Assembly (NCBI RefSeq): GCF_006345805.1
Contig: NC_043001.1
Location: 45,012,001 to 45,076,000, forward strand
Source: Octopus sinensis
Taxonomy: Eukaryota
Length of the DNA: 64,000 nucleotides
Direction of reading: 5' to 3'
Positions 14,271 to 24,075 of the stretch are shown one piece after another. Positions within the stretch are counted from its first letter, which is position 1. Each line of letters starts with the position of its first letter. A program made the translations under genes and the position numbers. Under the pieces are notes generated by a model that made no database searches, was not told the DNA's origin, and was given only the letters and a program-made list of their open reading frames with translations.

Positions 14271-14542
14271 GCGCGAAATCTTGTCATTTACATATAATCT
14301 CTAACATAAACACTGAGTCACAACATTAGGTGGGAGCTGGGTATAGTCACTTTAATCAACCACAATATGTGACTGGTACTTGTTTTACTGCCTTTGAAAG
14401 ATTGAAAAGTAAAGCGGACCCTAGTTAGGATTTGAATGAAAATGACCCTACTACACACCACAAAGAAGTTTTGTCCGACGCTCTTCGGATTCTTCTGATC
14501 ACTCATTACAAAGAAGAAGAAAATCTACTTACCACCGTAGCA

Positions 14543-16003
14543 TTAATGATATTTAGCTAAGAAATTCATATGGAATTCTTTAAAACGGATGATTGTTTTA
14601 TTAAATTCTTCTTCGGGTGGCAGTATAGTGATACGAAAGTGATATGTACCAGCGCGTTGACCAAACCCACTTCCAGGGATTACACAAATGCCAGTGTTTT
14701 CTAGCAGTTCATAACAATAAAAGCTGTCTGGAGTCATGTTTCTTTGCTTTGCTTGAGTTATGGCCTTCTCTGGTATGTTGATGCGCGGAAAACAATACAT
14801 TGCCCCTTGAACTTCGTTGCACGTAAAACCTTGGATGGATTTGAACGTGTCGGTGACTAGGCGAGCTTTCTTCTGAAGCTGGCTGAGCACAAAAGTTTTC
14901 TCTTTCATAAAAAGATCATAAGAAGGTTCACCTTTGACAGGCGGGTTAACCACTGCTGCGATGGCAATTTGACCCATAAGAGGCGGACAAAGACGGGCAG
15001 TGATGCTTTTCATAATCACTTTCTTCGCATCAGGGTCGATGTTAGTTAATTCACAGTAGCCACCTCGGAAGCCACATTCTCCCATGTATCCTTTTGATGC
15101 TGACATAAAAGAAGCTAACTCTACATTGCTGTATTCGGGACCCATTTCTGTGAGGACTTTTTTGAATGAATGAAACTCTAATCCATCTGCGTATATATTA
15201 TGTTGATAGACTTCGTCCGCTAAAATAAACAATTTCTCCTGTTTAGCAAATTTAATGATATCGCAAATGTTTTCTTTAGTTAATACTTGACCAGTTGGAT
15301 TTCCCGGGTTAATTACACAAATGGCCCGTGGCTGGCAATGTGATTTTGCCTTGTTGTAAGCAGCTCCAACTTCTTTTAGGTTCAAAGCCCAGTTATTGTC
15401 TTCATCGAGGTAGTAGTAAATAGGATACGCGTTATATTCGGTTATTGTTGCTGAATAAAGAGGATACTGAGGAACTGGTATCATGATACCTGCTCTCTTT
15501 TTCCCGGGTTCTCCAGTCATTAACATATTCAAAATAATTTTTATACCATCACTAGCGCCAGTTGTCATAATGATATTGTCAGGAGAGGCCGGGAAACCAT
15601 CCCTAGCTTCGATATAACTCGTTACATCTTCTCGAATAACTTGAAGCCCTTCGCTGTTCGAGTAAGATCCGACACTTTTTCCACGACAATCATTCAGAAT
15701 TCGGTTTGCCCGTTCTTTACAATCACTCGGGAAGTTAGGATCGTTCATAAGATATTCAGGATATAAACACAATGCCATTAATTGCCGTATGAATGTTATT
15801 GGTTTTTGTCCCGTGGCATGACAATCCCCTATGTTAGATTTGACGATTTTCTCAAATGGGTAGCTGTTGTTTCCTTCTCGCAAATCTAATTCTATTTCGT
15901 TAGCTCGCATCACAATCGGTCCCCTCACAGCATATTCCATTGCTTTTACATAAGGATTCATAGTATCCATTCTCAAAACCTTTTGATTTTTTTCTTTACT
16001 CAT
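14543..16003 (-). CDS. GPT: Alanine aminotransferase (ALT/GPT, PLP-dependent class I/II aminotransferase), 486 aa, single coding exon
   Basis: Uninterrupted ORF with ALT motifs EYAVRGPI, NIGD, PQYPLYSA, INPGNPTGQ, ADEVYQ, SASKGYMGECGFRGGY (PLP lysine codon at 15092-15094), QGAMY, PGSGFGQ...HFRITILP; in-frame TAA about 30 nt upstream of the ATG. GPT vs GPT2 orthology cannot be resolved here. Confidence 0.97.
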   Translation of the reverse strand: MSKEKNQKVLRMDTMNPYVKAMEYAVRGPIVMRANEIELDLREGNNSYPFEKIVKSNIGDCHATGQKPITFIRQLMALCLYPEYLMNDPNFPSDCKERANRILNDCRGKSVGSYSNSEGLQVIREDVTSYIEARDGFPASPDNIIMTTGASDGIKIILNMLMTGEPGKKRAGIMIPVPQYPLYSATITEYNAYPIYYYLDEDNNWALNLKEVGAAYNKAKSHCQPRAICVINPGNPTGQVLTKENICDIIKFAKQEKLFILADEVYQHNIYADGLEFHSFKKVLTEMGPEYSNVELASFMSASKGYMGECGFRGGYCELTNIDPDAKKVIMKSITARLCPPLMGQIAIAAVVNPPVKGEPSYDLFMKEKTFVLSQLQKKARLVTDTFKSIQGFTCNEVQGAMYCFPRINIPEKAITQAKQRNMTPDSFYCYELLENTGICVIPGSGFGQRAGTYHFRITILPPEEEFNKTIIRFKEFHMNFLAKYH

Positions 16004-16069
16004 CTTTGCTGGATTTGTTTTCCCAACTACTATTTAGTTATAATAAACCGAAATACGGAGTCCTGTTTG

Positions 16070-16077
16070 TTTATATA
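16070..16077 (-). promoter_or_regulatory. Possible TATA box for the ALT gene
   Basis: TATATAAA on the minus strand ~65 nt upstream of the ATG in a CpG-retaining region; the motif is common by chance in AT-rich DNA. Confidence 0.2.
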
Positions 16078-17483
16078 TTTCTTCGGTAGCTGATGATTTC
16101 TTCGCTAGCAGATGTTGATAACTTAGTCTTCTCCACTCGTAAGTAGCAGTCGAAATACAAGTTCCTTCCAGAGACAGTGTAATTTTTGGCTAATAGCCGT
16201 AATTTTATCAAACACGAAACAGTTTGTCACGTAAGATTGCTGAAATGAATGTATGAGTTGCTCCTCCAATGTAAATAAGCCATCCGAGTGAAGCCCACCC
16301 TACACCTTCTTTGTTGGCATTAATGTCCTTCCTTCCTTCCTTTTTTAATGCTTAATGAATATTCCTCTGCACATGTTCCATAGAGACTTTTATACATGAC
16401 TGACAATGTTACATAGATATTATGAATGTGTGTCGTACTACCCCCGTTAGTTACACTCTCCTTACTCTCTCCTCCTTTCTCCCAACTTGCTACTTATTAA
16501 GACGCTGACTAGTATATGTGTGTCGGTCAATATGAATATATGTGTCTGTGTTTTATAAATGTTTATCAACGTGTATATATATACGTGTAATAAAATTTAG
16601 ATCAACAACCGACCACATGACAGTTATATAAGCAACATACATGAGTTAGCATATATGTAAATCGAAATACATGCAAACTGCAATATGAGTGTGAGTGTGT
16701 GTGAATGTACCTGTAATTACAATTGAAAATTTTCACCGTTGTTACTCCTACGTATTAATACGTGTATATACGGCCGACTGGTTAAAGAAGTTCGTTTCTG
16801 AATCACAAGGTGCCATGCAGTGGGGTATTTTAGCAAATAAGCTTTGTAAGTGAAATTTTTATATATGGAAAGTCTGTTAGACCATTCATTGAAAGGATTG
16901 TATCTAATGATTCAAAAATATCAACAATATTACTGTGTTACGCGGATTCGGTTTAAAGTACAAGTGTTTGTAAAAATACTCGCTACTTACACTGCAAGTA
17001 GTAGTTCAGTTTGTTGATCATATATCTGGAAGACTCATCGTCGAAACCGACAGAGATCCATTTACTTTTTACTGTTTGCATTATATGTATATGCGTCTCT
17101 CTTTCTCTCTCCCCCCCTCTCTCTCTCTCTCGTGTGTGTGTATATATATATATATATTTACACACACGCTGTCACACCATGGCCTTGCTTGGTTCGGTTA
17201 TATTTAATCTAAATATTGTGTGTTTGAGTCTATACAAACAATAACCATTGTTTTATTGTGTATGTATTTCCCAGTATGTTTAAGTGTAACGTCGCCTTTT
17301 TGTTTGTTGCTTAGCACACTCAAGAGCGTCGCAAAAAATACTTTGCGGTAGTTACAGCCTTTGATGTTTTGAGTTCAATTCCCACCTAGGTCGATTTCAC
17401 TTTTCAGCTTTCTCGATAAAATAAAAAGTATTAGGGTTGATAGAATCGACTGTTTCCCTCCTTTTTGTACATATTTACGAAAT

Positions 17484-17550
<67 letters not shown>

Positions 17551-17899
17551 CATGTATATATATGTAAGTTTTAAGAAGCTTGTTTTTCAAACACATGTTT
17601 CCAGGTTCAGTCCCACTCATGGATTTGGTTGGCTGAAACTGAAAGAAGCCTGTCCTATATATATGTGTGTGTCTATGTTTGTTCCATAGCACCACTTGAC
17701 AACTAGTGTTGGTGTGTTTACATCCCCCGTAAATTAGCGGTTCAACAAAAGACGCTGATAGAATAAGTACTAGGTTTTAAAAAACATAAATCCTGGGATC
17801 GATTTGTTCAAGGCACTGCCCCAGCATGGCTGCATTCAACTGACTGAAACAGGTAAAAGATAAAAGATATATATAATATGTGAGTATATATGTATATAT

Positions 17900-18273
17900 G
17901 GAGTGTCTGTGTGGTAAGTACCTTGCTTACCAACCACATGGTTTCGGGTTCAGACACACTGCGTGGAACCTTGGGCAAGTGTCTTCAACTATAGCCTCGG
18001 GCCGACTAAAGCCTTGTGAGTGGATTTGGTAGACGGAAACTGAAAGAAGCCCGTCGTATATATGTATATGTACGTGTGTATCTGTGTTTGGCACCCCCAA
18101 CATTGCTTGACAACTGATGCTGGTGTGTTTACGCCCCTGTAACTTAGCAGTTCGACAAAAGAGACCGATAGAATAAGTACTAGGCTTACAGAGAATAAGT
18201 CCTGGGGTCAATTTGCTCAACTAAAGGCGGTGCTCCAGCATGGCCACAGCCAAATGACTGAAACAAGTAAGAG
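17900..18273 (+). mobile_element. tRNA-derived SINE, family B, near full length with CpGs retained
   Basis: gtgtggtaag...ggtttcgggttcag (A/B-box-like head), ggccgactaaagccttgtgag, 3' end gactgaaacaagtaagag. Confidence 0.85.
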
Positions 18274-18289
<16 letters not shown>

Positions 18290-18326
<37 letters not shown>

Positions 18327-18469
18327 ATGTATAGATATGTGTGTGTGTGTGTGTATGTATAGATATGTGTGTGTGTGTGTGTATGTATAGATATGTGTGT
18401 GTGTGTGTATAGATATGTGTGTGTATGTATAGATATGTGTGTGTATATGTGTATATATATGTATATATA
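18290..18469. repeat. Compound (TA)/(TG) microsatellite with repeated gtatagatatgtgtgt... unit
   Basis: Directly visible tandem units. Confidence 0.9.
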
Positions 18470-18830
18470 CAGGGTGTCCCAAAAAAATGTATACACATTT
18501 TGGCAGCTGATAACTCAATTATTTATTCTTTCTTTATAGACTGAACCCATTGAACAGAGTGATGGCAGCCAGACTTGACTTTGAAGAAAGGAAATTTATT
18601 CTAAAATGCTACTGGAAGTATGAAAACGCAGTAGAAGTGCAAAGACAATTTAGGAGGGAGTTTAACAAAGAACCACCAACACGAGTTACCATCACTCGAA
18701 TTAGAGATAAGTTTGAAGCTGATGGAATTGTTCAGGACGCCCATTAGAAGCGTTCTGGAACACCACGTACATCGACAAGCCCCACAAAAGAAGAAAGATT
18801 ACTGGAAACTTTTCAACGAAGTCCAAGAAA
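18470..18830 (+). mobile_element. Tc1/mariner-superfamily transposon 5' end with DUF4817-type HTH, cut off near the gap
   Basis: TA followed by TIR cagggtgtcccaaaaaaatgtatacaca; ORF MAARLDFEERKFILKCYWKYENAVEVQRQFRREFNKEPPTRVTITRIRDKFEADG, then stop, then KRSGTPRTS. Confidence 0.8.
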
Positions 18831-18867
18831 GTCTTTGTGGCAACCAACCAATATATATACCAACCAA

Positions 18868-18967
18868 NNNNNNNNNNNNNNNNNNNNNNNNNNNNNNNNN
18901 NNNNNNNNNNNNNNNNNNNNNNNNNNNNNNNNNNNNNNNNNNNNNNNNNNNNNNNNNNNNNNNNNNN
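18868..18967. other. Assembly gap (100 N)
   Basis: Run of N. Confidence 1.
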
Positions 18968-19368
18968 TTTCAGCAAGGAGGTAGGTTGTGATTTTTTTTT
19001 TTTAGGGAGCAAGCACCTAGATGCTGTCTCATTACAGACAGGTGTAGTAGATTGAATTGACCTTCAGTGTAATGCAGGTACATACTTTTTATTTCCCCCA
19101 GAGACATGAAAGACATCAATTCCTGGCAAAACTACTCAAACCATTAAGGATTATATTGAAATACTTCAAAATATTTTTATTCATTATTCTACTGTTTCTA
19201 ACTCTCTATCACCCTTTCATAAACTATACATACATGTATGTAGTGTGTTATATATAAATATATGTGTACCCAGTGTACACTATGGACACATAAGAGGTAC
19301 AGCAATATCAGAGGTGGTTGATCCCTCAAAAAAAAAAAAAAATATCACAACCTACCTCCTTGTTGAAA
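18968..19368. mobile_element. MITE-like element with ~40-bp inverted termini
   Basis: tttcagcaaggaggtaggttgtgatttttt...aggg vs ccctcaaaa...atcacaacctacctccttgttgaaa. Confidence 0.55.
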
Positions 19369-19519
19369 CAGTTTAGGTCATAGAGCTGCTCAGTCAAGGT
19401 TTAGTCCGTACAGCTAAGCAAGAACAAAGTTTTTTTTGTGTAGAAGATGCACAAGTACAATAAACACCAAAAATGTACAGAAAATGGCCAGGTGGGTAAG
19501 CTAGAATTAGTAGATAGCT

Positions 19520-20085
19520 TCTGTTATTTAGGTGACTAACTTAGTAGTGGAGGTGGATGCTCCAAGAGCACAGCTGTGAAAATAATAGGCTGGGAAAAGT
19601 TCAGAGAGCTCTTACTTCTGTTGGCAATAAATCTGAAAGACAGATTGTATGATGCCTGTGTGCTATGCTACATGGCAGTGAAACATGGGCTGTGACAGCT
19701 GAGGATATGCATAGGCTTGAAAGAAATGAAGCCAGTATTCTTTGCTGGATGTGCAATGTCAGTGTAACTGTATGACAGAGTGTAAGCATCTTGAGAGAAA
19801 AGTTGGGCATAAGAGTCATCAGATATGGTGTGCAAAAGAGATGACTGGGCTGGTATGGTCATGTGATGTGTGTGGACAAGGACTGCTGTGTTAAGAAGTA
19901 CCGATCTTTAACTGTGGAGGGAACCTGTGGTAGAGGTAGACCCAGGAAGACATGGGACGAGGTGGTGAAGCATGATCTTCAAACTTTGGGCCCAACTGAG
20001 GCAATGACTAGTGACTGAGACCTTTGGAGATATGCTGTGAAGACCTGTCAAGTCAAGTGAAATCATTGTCGTGGCCGATGCAACA
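19520..20085 (+). mobile_element. RTE-clade LINE 3' fragment, degenerate
   Basis: Same family as 54206-57075: YLGD...SSGGGC, LHGSETWAVTAED, GTCGRGRPRKTWDEVVKHDL. Confidence 0.85.
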
Positions 20086-20862
20086 ATGGTTGCCCACCGA
20101 AGGATCTGAAGGCTGCAGGAGGGAGGGAGGATCTGCTGAACAAAGTGGAGGAACTCCAACCTCCCATGGCTCAAAGCAAAAAACGAAAAAAAAAGAAAAA
20201 CGGGACATTGCCGGTGGTTTGTGACACATTGCCGGCATGTCCCGAAGCACCATTGGTGGGAGTTGTGCCATCAAAGGTGGAAAGTGTACATCCCCCCCCC
20301 CATGATATGGAAGAGGAATTTGTGGTCCTCTTCCATAAGAGAAGGACATTGGAGGGCTTTGTTAAGAAGCTTAAAACGAAGGGCCGAAGGGAGGGGATTC
20401 TGTCCTGCATGGAGGACCTTGACTGGCCTTCGCAGCTGGCTGCAAAGGTCATGGGGGAGAATGACCTGTTCAGGGTAATGAACTCCTTCCCTAAGGATAC
20501 CTTCAGCTAAATTGGCTCGACTTGGTGTCATCCAGGTGTTTAACTGAGGCGAGAAGTCTGGTTGGGCAGGAAGATTTGTAACTAATTAAAGTAAGAGGCT
20601 TAGTACCTCAGGTTTATTGTTTCATTGATTTATAACTGACTTGTGTAAGAGGTTTATTGCTTCCTTGATATTTTACTATGTAAGAGGTTTGTTGCCTCAA
20701 ATATGGTACTTATAAAGAACAATGTGCTCGAGTAAACAGCAATCGGCAGGTGTTGCTGTTGCCCTCATTATTATATCGTCTATCATTACATCTCATTGTG
20801 TCTTTGTCCAGTCCACAGCTTCCTTTCTTTGTAAGGCCTTTATGGCCAATTTAATGAATAAA

Positions 20863-21312
20863 AGAAGGTTGCTTCCCAACCACATGGTTCCAGGTTCAGT
20901 TCCACTGTGTAGCACCAATCAAATGGTTCTGGGTTCAGTCCCACTGTGTGGCACTTTGGGCAAGTGTCTTCTACTATAATCTCGGGCCGACCAAAGCCTT
21001 GTGAGTTGATTTGGTGGGCAGAAACTGAAAGAAGCCCTTTGTGTATATACAATATATATATATATATATATACTTATATATATGTGTGTGCATGTATATA
21101 TTTGTGTGTTTCTCCCCCCTCCCCTTCCATCATCACTTGACAACCAGTGTTGGCATGTTTACATCCCCATAACTTAGCAGTTTGGCAAAAGAGACTGATA
21201 GAATAAGTGCTAGGCTTACAAAGAATAAGTCCTGGGGTTGATGTGTTCGACTAAAGGCAGTGCTCCAACATGGCTGCAGTAAATGACTGAAACAAGTAAA
21301 AAAATAAAAGAA
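20863..21312 (+). mobile_element. tRNA-derived SINE, family B, with a duplicated head segment
   Basis: Two successive atggttc..ggttcagt.ccactgtgt.gcac copies, then the standard family B body and 3' end. Confidence 0.8.
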
Positions 21313-21318
21313 TATATC

Positions 21319-21875
21319 TTAGGTTGTTCAAAAGATACTGTCCAATTTTTTTAAAACAGTTTTTTCAAATTCATTATAAGATGTTATTTTTATAGTGTTT
21401 TAGACACTTTAATAAATTTTTCTTGAAGTGTAGAAATCCTTAATTTCAAACATGAAACAAGAAGAAATGCGTTTACTTTTTTTGCATGAATTTAAGCTTG
21501 GACATAATGCTTCCCTAACAGCTGCCAATATCAACAGAGCATGGGCTGAAGGGTCCACTAGTGATCATACAGTACGATGGTGGTTTGAGAAATTCCGTAG
21601 TGGGGATGAGAGCCTTGAAGATCAAGAAGGTAGAGGACGTCCATCCACCCTTGATGATCAGCATTTGAAAACAATAGTTGAAGAAAACCCACGACAAAGT
21701 GTCAGAAAAATGTCTCATGAGCTTGGTGTCAGTGTTTCAACATTGTCAGATCACCTGAAGAAAATTGGCAAAGTGAAAAAACCCAATAAATGGGTCCCTC
21801 AATGAAAATCAAAGTCTTCAGCATTTGGAAGTGTGTTCAATGTTTTCTCTGTGAAACTCCAATGATCCATAGATG
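21319..21875 (+). mobile_element. Mariner (Hsmar1/cecropia-like) transposon 5' half, truncated by a SINE
   Basis: TIR ttaggttgttcaaaagatactgtcc; ORF 21452-21805 RLLFLHEFKLGHNA...TVRWWFEKFRSGDESLEDQEGRGRPS...KWVP. Confidence 0.9.
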
Positions 21876-22184
21876 CGAGTGTAGCTGTTTGGTAAGAAGC
21901 TTGCTTCCCAACCACATGGTTCCGGGTTCAGTCCTACTGCATGGCACTTTGGACAAGTGTCTTCTACTATGGTATATTTGGTAGATGGAAACTGAAAGAA
22001 GCACATCATATATATATATGTATATGTATGTATGTATGTATATATCTGTGTTTGTGTCTGTGATTCCCCATCACCACCTGCCTCTATCACTGCTTGACAA
22101 CCAGTGCTGGTGTTTTTACATGCCTGTAACTTAGCAGTTCAGCAAAACAGGCTGGTAAAATAAGTTCTAGGCTTTAAAAAAAAT

Positions 22185-22435
22185 ACAGTTCTATATTTAA
22201 GAGATGTGGAATTATGTAGATTATTTACAATTGACGGATATTTGTTCTCATCTTGTTTGTTGTTTTGGCTGATATACCCTCAAGCCTTCATCAGGTGTCT
22301 TGGGAAAATTTCGAACTTGTGTTCTCATTCCTAAAGTATTTTTCAGTGTTATTATTATTATTACAGGCATATGGTGTAGTGGTTAAAAGTGCGGGCTACT
22401 AACCCCAAGATTCCGAGTTCGATTCCAGGCAGTGA

Positions 22436-22470
<35 letters not shown>

Positions 22471-22600
22471 TATCGAAAAATACCTTAGGAACGAGAACCC
22501 GAGTTCGAAATTTCCCCAAGACACCTGATGAAGGCTGGAGGGTATATTAGCCAAAACGTTGTTTTAACAACAAACAAGATGAGGACAAATATCCGTCAAT
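22185..22600. mobile_element. Palindromic Penelope-pLTR-like element: two hammerhead-bearing arms around a tRNA-like core, 10-bp TSD
   Basis: Arms 22229-22360 and 22440-22601 are reverse complements; direct repeat taaaaaaaat at 22175-22184 and 22601-22610; CTGATGA cores at 22525-22531 (+) and 22288-22294 (-). Confidence 0.75.
22366..22437 (+). ncRNA. tRNA-like Pol III cassette (A and B boxes), not a canonical tRNA
   Basis: tggtgtagtgg (A box) and gttcgattc (B box) at tRNA-like spacing; acceptor and T stems do not pair well. Confidence 0.6.
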
Positions 22601-23614
22601 TAAAAAAAATGTCCTGAGGTCAGCAGTGCTCCAGCATGGCCACAGTCAAATGACTGAAACAAGTAAAAGATATATAGATATATATGAGAGAGGTGGAGAG
22701 AAAAGAGAGAGAGAGGCAGGAATAGACAGACAGAAAGGTACCTTGATCACTGCAAATAATGTGTGCTGCAAGAACACTGTTATATCCAAAATTGCAATAT
22801 TCAAATATGTAAATGCATACAAAATCGGCAATTAATGTCCAGGCTTTGGAAAGAAATTAAATTTTCTTATTTTCTGAAGTATCTCACAGGGAGATGTGTA
22901 TGAAAATCGATATAAGGAAGGAAATCAATTAACTGGACAAAATTTTGTTTTATGAATTTATTGTTGCAAAGAAAAAAATTGTTTTTATTTTTTTAATGCT
23001 GTAAAAGGATCTTTTGGATTTTTTAAAAATTCTTTTCAGCTGAGTTTATATCCAATTTCTCTTCTGACTTACACAGCTCTCATTTACATTCTTCTGTTAT
23101 AATTCCATTGACATCTAGGATGCTTTATCAGAATATTAAATTGACTCCATTACTCGGTTGTTGATTTATATTGTTGACCCTGGAAAGATGGAAATCAGAG
23201 TTCATTTTAGCATGATTTGAACTCAGTCGGTGAAGAATTTTAAACTAAATATCATAAGCATTTATCTGATGTAATAATTCTGTTGAATCTGCATCTGTTG
23301 TCATGTATTTTCAATGTTTAACAATGTTTATAATAGAATGAAATTCATCTGAAGATTATTTTGTTTGTTTCACTTTGGTGATCATCCTCACCATATCCAT
23401 TTGGTTGGTCTAAGTTTAAAATACTTTCTTCTTTAAATGATATTGACATCATGTGAGAAAAGCAGTTCTCTGACACAACTGTCATTTATTCTAACAGGCA
23501 TGGCTATGTGGTTAAGAAGTTTACTTCCTAATCACATGATTTTGGGTTCAGTCCCACTGCTTGGCACCTTGTCAGTGGATTTGATTGATGGAACCTGAAA
23601 GAAGCCTGTCATCC

Positions 23615-23645
<31 letters not shown>

Positions 23646-23808
23646 CAGTCATAGCCAAAATTTTGGAGCATTTGTTACAAATATATATATATATATATTT
23701 GGGCATTTAATATAAAAATTCTAATTTTTAGACCTATGTTCCATTTTTGGCCACAACTGTATGCATATGTGCATGCATGTATGTTTGTCTTTCCTTGTCT
23801 TGACATCA

Positions 23809-24075
23809 TATCATCATCATCATTTAACATCTGCTTTCTATGCTGGTATGATTTCTATGACTGGATGCCCTGCCTAACACCAACCACTTCACAGAGTGAA
23901 CTGGATGCTTTTTATGTGGCACTGGCATAGGCACTTTTACACAGCACTGGCACAGGCACCAGCATGGGTGCTTTTACATGGCACCAGCACCAGTGCTTTT
24001 TATATGATACTGGTACCCATGAGCCTTCAAGAGAGGGAGGTAGAGGATATATCTGTATGTATAGATGGCCACAAT
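23809..24075 (-). mobile_element. RTE LINE 3'-UTR fragment with (GAT)n tail
   Basis: catcatcatcatttaacatctgcttt...ggatgccctgcctaacaccaacc matches the 3' UTR of the RTE at 54206-54800. Confidence 0.7.

Larger units (their letters stand above)
21877..22670 (+). mobile_element. SINE family B split by the 22185-22600 insertion
   Basis: 5' part ends ...taagttctaggcttt; the 3' part resumes gtcctgaggtcagcagtgctccagcatggccacagtcaaatgactgaaacaagtaaaag at ~22611. Confidence 0.75.

Noticed and set aside
17020-17062. Hammerhead-like ctggaa-gac-tcatc-gtc-GAAACC motif
   Set aside because: The core lacks two nucleotides and stem III and the cleavage triplet are missing; at best a decayed remnant.
22366-22437. 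Functional tRNA gene
   Set aside because: Acceptor, anticodon and T stems do not pair properly; it sits inside a mobile unit, so it is listed as tRNA-like only.
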